NCBI GenBank assembly: GCA_016866375.1
Contig: VGMK01000001.1
Span: forward strand, 1-44,227
Length of the DNA: 44,227 nt
Direction: 5' to 3'
Origin: Bacteroidota bacterium
Lineage (GTDB): Bacteria > Bacteroidota > Bacteroidia > Flavobacteriales_D > Crocinitomicaceae
A model generated the notes under the pieces. It saw only the letters and a list, made by a program, of their open reading frames with translations, made no database searches and had not been told where the DNA came from. Shown in pieces: positions 30,401 to 38,083 of this stretch. Position 1 is the first letter of the stretch. Each line of letters begins with the position of its first letter. The translations under genes and the position numbers were made by a program.

Positions 30401-30648
30401 TCGAGGCAAAGAATCACTACTTAAAAGGTTTTTCGGATTCAATACGTGCATACGAATGTTCAGAAAATCTATTTCTTTCGGTAAATAGATTTTATTTAAA
30501 TAACTTAGATTCATTAGAAACACTTTTACAAAAACATGCGTTGCATCAATTGTTTTTCCAAGATGCTTCGGCAGTAAAGTTAGAACGCTTTAACCGCACA
30601 CTGAATATCCAATGGGCGATAGACATCAAAAACCAATTACCAAACTAA
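26953..30648 (+). CDS. Putative split-NLR sensor 1: shared STAND helical/winged-helix module plus 21 TPR-like repeats
   Basis: N-terminal EPTYLRY..LPDGL..MYE..YQLYHERLK; 33/40-aa repeats AL..IS.ELAKQGKIEEAL..A..I. Confidence 0.85.
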   Translation: MPHLEPTYLRYIYDGLIKGSIHPENAAELPDGLIGMYEEAFDERTSVVERQKLLQHFAIWALLKKEVSAAFVSEVLGETEDDIQEFISTYSAWFNSPESGKYQLYHERLKVYLLQKLSEGEVHSLHEKLITRIERAIEEQKADEFEWYGLEFLTSHLAIAAMLNGDGKKLIKLAYSQTHWQRQLKISKGYSWTKNSLQEVMAWASKYNDDEVIECGLQMVDLHHQEQNAAPQIVALVAEGEFDAALKRIEQFGGSDKEGLQRKFILYMLCLMELTLLGSKDKPNRKVGIDKLLKHLDEQLPVDYSILKWNDFFPSNTMFLLACEWHALRLDYLIPFKRTDAWNTDWLSVKGPYNDSQFEILIACATGISDDNRKSSALKFISAELAKQGNIEEALACATGISEESDKSSALKDISAELAKQGKIEEALACATGISSDRAKSSALAAISTELAKQGKIEEAASAMQKALACATGISADWAKSSELQDISAELAKQGKTKEAASVIQEALECARAISDNILKSMALKDISAELAKQGKIDEALACATGISSDWAKSMALKDISAELAKQGKTEEAAFMMQEALECARGIDINNRGLINKVRALKDISAELAKQGKIDEALACATGISDESDKSSALKDISAELAKQGKIEEAASAMQKALACATGISSDMEKSNALKDISAELAKQGKIDEALACATGISDESDKSSALKDISAELAKQGKIEEVASAMQKALACATGISSDMEKSNALKDISAELAKQGKIDEALACAIGISDESDKSMALNDISAELAIQGKLDEALACATGISSDWAKSDALKDISTELAKQGKIEEALACATGISSDRAKCSALAAISTELAKQGKIEEAASAMQKALACATGISSDRAKSVALNDISAELAKQGKLEEALACATGISGDNLKSSALKDISAELAKQGKIEEALACATGISSDRAKSSALKFITAELAKQGKIEEAASAMQKALACATGISSDWDKSDALKDISAELAKQGKIDEALACAAGISNDYWKSSALKDISAELAKQGKIDEALACAIRISDESDKSMALKDISAELAKQGKLEEALACATGISSDRAKSSALKFITAELAKQGNWTLAETTGLEIPLSNIRHLCWQNIANNFINENSWQRSLEMVNQFQNFEAKNHYLKGFSDSIRAYECSENLFLSVNRFYLNNLDSLETLLQKHALHQLFFQDASAVKLERFNRTLNIQWAIDIKNQLPN
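28039..30258 (+). repeat. Intragenic array of 21 highly similar units, mostly 99 or 120 bp
   Basis: Recurrent GCCCTTGCCTGCGCAACAGGGATAAGT and ATCAGTGCCGAACTGGCTAAACAAGG blocks; seven units carry a 21-bp insert. Confidence 0.97.
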
Positions 30649-31013
30649 TGCCCCACCTCGAACCCACATACCTCCGCTACATCTACGATGGCCTTGTAAA
30701 AGGAAGCATCCATCCGGAGAATGCCGCAGAATTACCAGACGGCCTCATTGGCATGTACGAAGAAGCCTTCGATGAGCGCACTTCCGTGGTGGAACGCCAA
30801 AAACTGTTGCAACGCTTTGCCATTTGGGCACTTTTAAAGAAAGAAGTGAGTGCAGCATTTGTATCCGAAGTTTTAGGCCAAACTGAAGACGACATCCAAG
30901 AATTCATTTCCTCCTACAGCGCCTGGTTCAACAGCCCAGAAAGTGGCAAATACCAGTTGTATCACGAGCGCTTGAAGGTGTATTTGTTGCAGAAGATGAG
31001 TGAGGGGGAGGTT
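30648..31013 (+). repeat. Shared 5' module, copy 2
   Basis: ATGCCCCACCTCGAACCCACATACCTCCGCTAC...GAGTGAGGGGGAGGTT. Confidence 0.95.
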
Positions 31014-33146
31014 GCTGAATTAAATTCTAAAATTGTTGAATTTCTTCTGCATAAAGTAAATGATGCGCAGGAAAATGAATCGGTTCTTTACTGTTTTGAA
31101 AATCTATCATTTCACTTATTTTTAAATGGATATCTAACGGGGGAAAGTGCACTTTTGGCTCAATTTTGTCTTGATGATAATTTTAAAAAACGACAATTTG
31201 AACTATCTGGTTATTATGACTGGGAAGAAAAAATGATGGTTTTAGGAGTGGAATACTTTTCCCTCAAACAAGATTCGATTTGTCATCAAATAGTATTTGA
31301 GAAAACAAAAATACAATTTAAGAAAAAGAATATTGATCTTATAATTTCTTTACTTAAGCGAGATAAATTTGAATTATTATTTTCATTATTTAAATCATTA
31401 TATGAAAAAGAACTTGAGCAAAGGATAGCAACCGCTTATTTGTATCATTTAACTTTTTTTGAAATTTTTGAATTGGAAAACAAAAGTTTTATACTGAAAA
31501 AAGAAATTGCAAATCAACTTTTAGAAACTTTCGAAGAATATTTCATTTGGGATAGAGGTTATTATTTGGCACAGTTTATTGATGTAAATATATTATTTCG
31601 CTTACACTGCTATTTTGTGCAATTTGGTTTAGATTTTAAAAAAATCGCTATTCTTTCATCTGATCAGAATACAGAATATTATGGTTTGGACATTAGGTAC
31701 GAAGATTTAAAGTTTATTGATCCAAAGCATAAGGAAGAAGCAATTACCATTCTACAACTTTTTAAAATATTCGATTACGGTATTAGTTATGTTGAGAAGT
31801 CGAAAATTGTAGATTTAGTTGATGAATTAACTAATAATCCGATTAACAATAAACATTATGCTTTTAGAAGTCATCTGCAGAAAAAGCTTCAAATTATTGG
31901 TAAAACAAAATTGCTAAAACAAAACGATTTGATCGAAATTGTTGAAAATGAAGTTCATTCGTTCAAAGAATTGATTTTGAGTATAAAATTTATTTTAGGA
32001 ATTAATGAGTTAACACATCATTTGAAAAGAGAGGCAAGCTTGCTTTTCCAAAAGACTTTATTAGAACAAGCTAATGGTAAATTGGAGTTTTCAGGTTACT
32101 GGCATAGAAATGATTTAAAAATAATTAAATTAGATAATAAAATAAGCTCAAATCAAACTCAAATATTGGATTTATTGACTGTTGAGTCGTTCGGTTCAAT
32201 GGACCCAAAATCTAGATTCGACGCGTTGAATAAAGTTGTTTTTAGCGAAGAATTAGAGGTTGAAATACTCCTTGCTTTTTTAGATTTATCACTCTTTTTT
32301 GATGGTAATGAGAACAAAGATATTCTAGATCTTTTTTCATCGTTATTTGTGGAATTTATTTTGGACACAGATGAAGAAAAGATAATGCTATACACGTCAA
32401 AATTGTTTGACTCATTAGCAAATATGGAACACCATTCTGAGGAGTTTGAAGATAAAATATTTGATATAACAATCAATTTTTTTAAGAGTAATGATTTCAA
32501 TGGATATTCCAAAAGCACCTTGGTAAATTATCAAGAGAGTATTCTTAACCTATATTTCGACTTCAATTTCTATAATTATTCTTTCAAACAAGGTATTGCA
32601 TTAATTAATTTGTTTAATCAGCATCAAATTGATTTTCCAGAAGAAGAAATCATAGAAAGAATTCTTGAAGATCTTGATGCTATGATTGAAGAGAATGATT
32701 ACAATGAAATGTGGGTTATTGAAAACTCAAAAATTGACCGAGTTTATTCAAAATCCTATTTCTCGGATTTTTACGATTGTGTAAAAAGAATCCAAATAGA
32801 ACAGGTAAGAAATAATTTGAGTGAATATATTTTTGAGTCGATTATTGAACTGAAAGGCCTTAATTACAACACCATTTCCTTTTTTAGAGAAAATGCAAAT
32901 GAATACCGAGGAATGTATTTATGGGCCAAAAAACGCTTAAGTCAGAAATTATTTGAAAAAAATGAAGAGTTATCCTATGTTGTGTTAAAAGACAACAACG
33001 ATTTATTATTGGAGCGCTTACTTCTGAATATCGTCTCCAAAAGAGAAAATTTGAAGGAAGAAATTAAAATTGAAACTCTCAAACATTATGGCTTGGATTG
33101 GGTAATTGAATTGGATAATGAGTATGAAAAATTAATTGCCAACTAA
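30648..33146 (+). CDS. Putative split-NLR sensor 2: shared module plus distinct helical C-terminal region
   Basis: ATG in a TAATG overlap at 30648; first 122 aa almost identical to sensor 1, then diverged AT-rich sequence. Confidence 0.85.
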   Translation: MPHLEPTYLRYIYDGLVKGSIHPENAAELPDGLIGMYEEAFDERTSVVERQKLLQRFAIWALLKKEVSAAFVSEVLGQTEDDIQEFISSYSAWFNSPESGKYQLYHERLKVYLLQKMSEGEVAELNSKIVEFLLHKVNDAQENESVLYCFENLSFHLFLNGYLTGESALLAQFCLDDNFKKRQFELSGYYDWEEKMMVLGVEYFSLKQDSICHQIVFEKTKIQFKKKNIDLIISLLKRDKFELLFSLFKSLYEKELEQRIATAYLYHLTFFEIFELENKSFILKKEIANQLLETFEEYFIWDRGYYLAQFIDVNILFRLHCYFVQFGLDFKKIAILSSDQNTEYYGLDIRYEDLKFIDPKHKEEAITILQLFKIFDYGISYVEKSKIVDLVDELTNNPINNKHYAFRSHLQKKLQIIGKTKLLKQNDLIEIVENEVHSFKELILSIKFILGINELTHHLKREASLLFQKTLLEQANGKLEFSGYWHRNDLKIIKLDNKISSNQTQILDLLTVESFGSMDPKSRFDALNKVVFSEELEVEILLAFLDLSLFFDGNENKDILDLFSSLFVEFILDTDEEKIMLYTSKLFDSLANMEHHSEEFEDKIFDITINFFKSNDFNGYSKSTLVNYQESILNLYFDFNFYNYSFKQGIALINLFNQHQIDFPEEEIIERILEDLDAMIEENDYNEMWVIENSKIDRVYSKSYFSDFYDCVKRIQIEQVRNNLSEYIFESIIELKGLNYNTISFFRENANEYRGMYLWAKKRLSQKLFEKNEELSYVVLKDNNDLLLERLLLNIVSKRENLKEEIKIETLKHYGLDWVIELDNEYEKLIAN

Positions 33147-33148
33147 CC

Positions 33149-33607
33149 ATGCCCCACCTCGAACCTACCTACCTCCGTTACATATACGATGGCCTTATCA
33201 AAGGAAGCATCCATCCGGAGAATGCCGCCGAATTACCAGATGGCCTCATTGGCATGTACGAAGAGGCCTTCGATGAGCGCACTTCAGTAGTAGAACGCCA
33301 AAAACTGTTAAAACGCTTTGCCATTTGGGCATTATTGAAGAAAGAAGTGAGCGCTGCATTTGTTGCGGAAATATTGGGAGAAACAGAAGATAACATCCAA
33401 GAATTCATTTCCACCTACAGCGCCTGGTTCAATAGCCCAGAAAGTGGCAAGTACCAGTTGTACCACGAGCGCTTAAAAGTGTATTTGTTGCAGAAGTTGA
33501 GTGAGGGGGAGGTTCATGCGCTTCACGAAAAACTCATTGGAAGATTAGAAAAGGCCATAAAGGAACAAAAAGCAGATGAATTTGAGTGGTATGGGTTGGA
33601 GTTTTTG
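33149..33607 (+). repeat. Shared 5' module, copy 3
   Basis: ATGCCCCACCTCGAACCTACC...TGAATTTGAGTGGTATGGGTTGGAGTTTTT. Confidence 0.95.
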
Positions 33608-35458
33608 GGATATCATTATTCAATTGAAAGTAAATCAACAAAAGACTCAAAAATTGCCAAAGATTTTTTTAACCTGTTTTATGATTTCCAATCATCAAAG
33701 AAGATTCTCAAAAGGCAACAAGAGCTTTCCAATTCTTATAAGTGGTCAAAAGAAAACCTTCATCTTTTGAGTGAACTAGGGATCATTTTTAATTCATATA
33801 AAATATTTAATATTTCAGATATAGCTTGTGAAATTCATAAAGAAGAGTATGATATTATTGAAAAATTAGAAAAACTCTTGATTGATGGGAATAATAACCA
33901 TGCAATTGATTTAGTTTCTGAGCTTCATGCAGATGAGTTAGAATTAATAGAAATAAAGATTTATCATTTATTATTTGTACTATTTTCAATTGAGGATGAA
34001 AATAGTATTAAAAACGTTGTTCTTATTCTTGAAGATTTATTGTCTAAAAATGCTGGTGAGCTGTTCGATTTAGAAGAAGATATACTTCGAAATATCGGAG
34101 AACCGTCAAGTCTAATTTTTTCAATTTGTACGAAAATAGAATGTTTTGGGTTTTCTTCAGAATTTATAATTCAAAGTTGTAATGACTGGGAATCGAGGGG
34201 ATTCTTGTCAGATTCCAAAAATAATTTAATTGATTATAGAAGCATTATTGATGTAATAAAGTCAGTAATAATTCAAAGAAATAGTGACTTTTATTCTATC
34301 AATATTGAATTCGAAAAGCCAGAAAAGTTCATCGATAACTACTTAAAGACATTAGAATTATTGGAGTCTGTAGAAAATTTCAATGACGAGGCGGAGGTAT
34401 TTCATTATTTTATTTCAAATAAAGGAGCGTTTAATTTAACGAATGTATACGCATTAGTAAAATGTTTTCAATCCTTCAAATCTCAAAATGTAAAGGATAT
34501 TTTGGTAGATAAGTTTTGGGAAATTTTAATTCTAGATTTAGATGTTATTGATTACATTTTCGATTTATCAAATAACGTTACCTTAAATAGACTGGCATAT
34601 ACTAAGTCTGAGGTTTTATCTGAAATTTCCTCAATTAGTCAATCCCCGAAAATATTGGATTCTTGCAGAGCAATAATTGAAATAAGAAATCAAAAAGATT
34701 ATCTAGAAAAATTAGACATTTCTTTTTGTAGCAGATTTGATTCATCATTTGAATTCAAATTTCATTGTTTACAAGCAGTACTAAATCCCGAACAAAAAAA
34801 AGTCTGTTTAAATTTAAAGTATCTTTATTTTAAAGAATTATTCGAATCGAATATTGAAACAGATATTTTAAATTATAATATTGACATTTTAGAAGAGTTC
34901 GTGGCCTTTTGCACCTTTTGCAAACAAAAATATAGTGAACTTATAGATGAGCTTGTTACTTGTTTTGTTAACAATCTTGGGCACTATGAGAAGTGGCAGT
35001 TTGATGAAAATTTATTTTTTTTAATCGACGAAATGAACAAAAAGAGTCTATCTATTGAGGCTTACAAAATCTTGGATATGATGAAAACACCACTGATTCA
35101 AAAAGTGACACTAATGAAGTCATTTGCGAATTGGGCGTTCTTTAATAATCATTCACTGTCATTTAAAAGTGAAGAACTTGCTTTCATTAGAAATGAACAT
35201 CGACAATATGTTATTCTAGGTTGGTTAAAAGATGGTTACGGTTCAGTATCATTTGATTTAAACGTTGGTAATGAATTGCCTTACGTTCCAAATTCGCTTA
35301 TTAATCAAAGTTTATATCTGGAAAATCAAATATTTATAATTGATAGACCAGATATACTTAAATTATTTTCCTTGAAACTAATTGAGGAAGAAAATAATAC
35401 TGAAAAGATGAAATCATTTTTCCCCTTTATTTACAGTACTTTAGAAAACTCCAATTAA
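33149..35458 (+). CDS. Putative split-NLR sensor 3: shared module plus distinct helical C-terminal region
   Basis: First 153 aa almost identical to sensor 1 (to EFEWYGLEFL), then diverged. Confidence 0.85.
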   Translation: MPHLEPTYLRYIYDGLIKGSIHPENAAELPDGLIGMYEEAFDERTSVVERQKLLKRFAIWALLKKEVSAAFVAEILGETEDNIQEFISTYSAWFNSPESGKYQLYHERLKVYLLQKLSEGEVHALHEKLIGRLEKAIKEQKADEFEWYGLEFLGYHYSIESKSTKDSKIAKDFFNLFYDFQSSKKILKRQQELSNSYKWSKENLHLLSELGIIFNSYKIFNISDIACEIHKEEYDIIEKLEKLLIDGNNNHAIDLVSELHADELELIEIKIYHLLFVLFSIEDENSIKNVVLILEDLLSKNAGELFDLEEDILRNIGEPSSLIFSICTKIECFGFSSEFIIQSCNDWESRGFLSDSKNNLIDYRSIIDVIKSVIIQRNSDFYSINIEFEKPEKFIDNYLKTLELLESVENFNDEAEVFHYFISNKGAFNLTNVYALVKCFQSFKSQNVKDILVDKFWEILILDLDVIDYIFDLSNNVTLNRLAYTKSEVLSEISSISQSPKILDSCRAIIEIRNQKDYLEKLDISFCSRFDSSFEFKFHCLQAVLNPEQKKVCLNLKYLYFKELFESNIETDILNYNIDILEEFVAFCTFCKQKYSELIDELVTCFVNNLGHYEKWQFDENLFFLIDEMNKKSLSIEAYKILDMMKTPLIQKVTLMKSFANWAFFNNHSLSFKSEELAFIRNEHRQYVILGWLKDGYGSVSFDLNVGNELPYVPNSLINQSLYLENQIFIIDRPDILKLFSLKLIEEENNTEKMKSFFPFIYSTLENSN

Positions 35459-35463
35459 ATAAT

Positions 35464-36054
35464 ATGCGAACAATTAAACACAAATTTTATGAAAACCCAC
35501 TTCCGTCATGGGAGTGCAAGACCCTAATTCTAGGTACATTCAATCCAGAAATTGGTTCTGATGCTGATTACTATTATGGACGAATTCGACCAACAGGCGG
35601 TTGGAGCAATCGATTTTGGCCAGCAGTTAATTCTTATCTCGAAGTCAATTGTCTGGAAATTCCGCTCGCTGGAAAAGGTGATTTAAATTCAAAAGTCAGA
35701 ATAATGTCTAAGTTCAAATTTGGATGTGTAGATATTATTTCTCGAATTGAATGCAGGAATGAGGAGTATATTACAGGGAACGGCTTCGCAGATGCAGCAA
35801 TTTTTCATCCACATAACAAAGTTTATTTTAATACTGAGTTGATTATTGATTTTATCAATTCTAACGGAGTAAAGAAGGTCATTTCTAGTTTCGGCAGAGG
35901 AACTTCACTGAATCAAAGTGCTTTAGCTGAAATAGATAGCATTAAAATTGCATGTACAAAAGTTGATTTTCACTTATTTGATTTACCTGCCTTCGGAAGA
36001 CCAATGAAATCGACCGAGCAGTTTGGAAAGGAATTGTTTAAATTTATTTTATGA
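35464..36054 (+). CDS. Uracil-DNA glycosylase superfamily protein (MUG/HDG-like)
   Basis: H.F....P...TLILGTFNP....YYYG...NRFW, then G.VDII. Confidence 0.7.
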   Translation: MRTIKHKFYENPLPSWECKTLILGTFNPEIGSDADYYYGRIRPTGGWSNRFWPAVNSYLEVNCLEIPLAGKGDLNSKVRIMSKFKFGCVDIISRIECRNEEYITGNGFADAAIFHPHNKVYFNTELIIDFINSNGVKKVISSFGRGTSLNQSALAEIDSIKIACTKVDFHLFDLPAFGRPMKSTEQFGKELFKFIL

Positions 36055-37583
36055 CCCTCACAACCCCACCCAACCTCCCACCACGCCTCCTGCATAGAAT
36101 CGAGGCGGTTCAGAAAGAAGATGACGCATACGCTGCGGATGAACTCGTTGAATTAGGTGAAGAAATTCTGTCCCAATTGGCTGCGTTGGGAATTGCTGTT
36201 TATTTGCAACAAGGGAAGCAGAAAGAAGTGTTTAACGACTTTTTGATTTCGTTGTTTTTGTCGAATGGGCATGCCTATAATGCAGGACCGCTGTATCGCT
36301 GGGCGGCAAATATGATCAAAGAAGCAGAAAGCACAGATGCAGAATTATTGAAGCCCTTTTTCTGGCAAGAGAAGGACGGAAAAAAAGTGTTGAACGAGGC
36401 CATTCATCATTTGGCGAGTTTGCGCAATGCGGTGATGCACGGTTTTTTTGTTTTGCCTCCTGAAAGAAATAGAGAAGAGACGCAAAAGATGACAGCGATT
36501 TTGGAGCAAATGAACAAAGCTGGTTTGTTTGAAAAGCAATTTGGAACGTTTCATTTTGTGGATTCGAATGGATTCAATGGGCATTGGAATATAATTGATT
36601 CCAAAGCGTGGACAAATTTCTCCGAATGTTTTTCCTTTGGGGAATTAGCTCAGCGGGTTTCACATGAATACTCAGAGAATTTCCGATTAGAAGAACGAGC
36701 ATTTGCCACGGAGAAAACAACTTCACACGCAGATGTCCAACAAGCTACCTATGAATTGCTCGAAAAAGGCAAAGGGGCATTGGTGTGTTGGTACAGTCCG
36801 GGTTCCAAAGGTGGAAAAGAAGCTTATCGTTCAATGGTTCAGTCGGTATCCAACGAAACTTATCTGCCTATTTACTATGCCTTGCATGAGCGTGGAGCCA
36901 CTTTTACCACCGCATTTTTTACTAAGGAACTCGGAAATGCGCTCTTTGAGCTTACACAGAAAGAAAATGCGCGAAAAGAACCGATCAAATTTCTTAAAAA
37001 CAGAGACAACTCCAAATTTGTAACGAAGAAACCTGTATTGATTTTGCATGATATTCACGTAGCTTTATTCAACGACAATCACTTGACATTGTTTTTTAAT
37101 GAACTATTTGATGCAGGTATACCCGTCTTATGCACCGCATGGCCGTATCCTTACCTTCGCAGATTTTTCAACCAAGAAGTATATGTGGATGAACAACCGA
37201 AACAAATTACAATTGAAATTATCGAATACTCGTTGAACAATTACTTGCGCTTCAAAGGGCCGAGCAAAGAACAAAACGACCAAGTTGCGGAATACCAAAA
37301 AGTAAAGGATATCGTGTTTGCAATACATCAACAATTGGAAAACGGTGAATCCTTAGTTGCACGACGCTTTGCAGATCAATACACTTACCCGATTGAATTT
37401 GTGCACGAGGCTTTCAGTATTTTGAGTCCCTTCTACAGGCTTGATAAAGAAAAATTTAAAGAGGATGAGGTGGATGAGTTGTATGGATTCCCAAAAACCA
37501 TCGAAGAAAGTTCACGAATTTTCTTAACTTTAGGTCGACGTGATGTGAAACTGGAATATCAGCATAGAGTGTTGTCGAAATAA
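36051..37583 (+). CDS. HEPN-like N-terminal domain plus degenerate P-loop NTPase-like domain
   Basis: LRNAVMHG (RxxxxH); Walker-like remnants YSPGSKGGK and VLILHDIH. Confidence 0.55.
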   Translation: MTLTTPPNLPPRLLHRIEAVQKEDDAYAADELVELGEEILSQLAALGIAVYLQQGKQKEVFNDFLISLFLSNGHAYNAGPLYRWAANMIKEAESTDAELLKPFFWQEKDGKKVLNEAIHHLASLRNAVMHGFFVLPPERNREETQKMTAILEQMNKAGLFEKQFGTFHFVDSNGFNGHWNIIDSKAWTNFSECFSFGELAQRVSHEYSENFRLEERAFATEKTTSHADVQQATYELLEKGKGALVCWYSPGSKGGKEAYRSMVQSVSNETYLPIYYALHERGATFTTAFFTKELGNALFELTQKENARKEPIKFLKNRDNSKFVTKKPVLILHDIHVALFNDNHLTLFFNELFDAGIPVLCTAWPYPYLRRFFNQEVYVDEQPKQITIEIIEYSLNNYLRFKGPSKEQNDQVAEYQKVKDIVFAIHQQLENGESLVARRFADQYTYPIEFVHEAFSILSPFYRLDKEKFKEDEVDELYGFPKTIEESSRIFLTLGRRDVKLEYQHRVLSK

Positions 37584-37597
37584 TAATAATTTAAAAA

Positions 37598-38053
37598 ATG
37601 GATTTAAAACTAAAATTTGGTGAAAACTATATTCTACTTGCTGGATTAAGGCAGTTTATTGAGCACGGAGTAATACTTTCCTCGGTTAATTTTTGGAGAG
37701 ATAGCTTTCAGAATTTTCAGGAGTTAAGAGCAGTTGATAAACGTTCAGAAATACTGAAAACGAATAATGCTTTTTATGAAGATGAGTTTCTCGTTTCCTT
37801 TGTCAATGAAGAATTTCCGGTATTTGAAGATCAAATTCCGGATGACGTAATCCCAACAGTTTTGAAATTAATTGAGCACGAGGAAGGACCCAAAACCGCA
37901 AGTTTGACCAAAGAATTTCTATTGCAATACGCAGTTTTTATTGCGAAATCTTCAAAGGAAGATTATTTAGCATTTGTAGGAATCAAGGATTCGATAAGTG
38001 ATGAAGAGCAAGTATTTATAGAGAAAATAAAACATTTGTTCGATGAACATTAA
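37598..38053 (+). CDS. Small helical protein, possibly TerB-like
   Basis: C-terminal A..IA.SSKE..LAF.G...ISDEEQ.FIEKI..L resembles TerB-like proteins. Confidence 0.55.
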   Translation: MDLKLKFGENYILLAGLRQFIEHGVILSSVNFWRDSFQNFQELRAVDKRSEILKTNNAFYEDEFLVSFVNEEFPVFEDQIPDDVIPTVLKLIEHEEGPKTASLTKEFLLQYAVFIAKSSKEDYLAFVGIKDSISDEEQVFIEKIKHLFDEH

Positions 38054-38083
38054 GAAACGGCGGTGTTTTTTCGATAAATAATT

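Noticed and set aside
30612..30647. Upstream start for sensor 2 given in the ORF track
   Set aside because: Paralogues start at MPHLEP; the ATG at 30648 forms a TAATG overlap.
26988..33414. Three similar short minus-strand ORFs (26988, 30683, 33178)
   Set aside because: Antisense shadows of the shared 5' module.
26953..35458. Diversity-generating retroelement or invertase shufflon as source of variation
   Set aside because: No reverse transcriptase or non-coding template repeat; copies are direct, not inverted, and no adjacent invertase.
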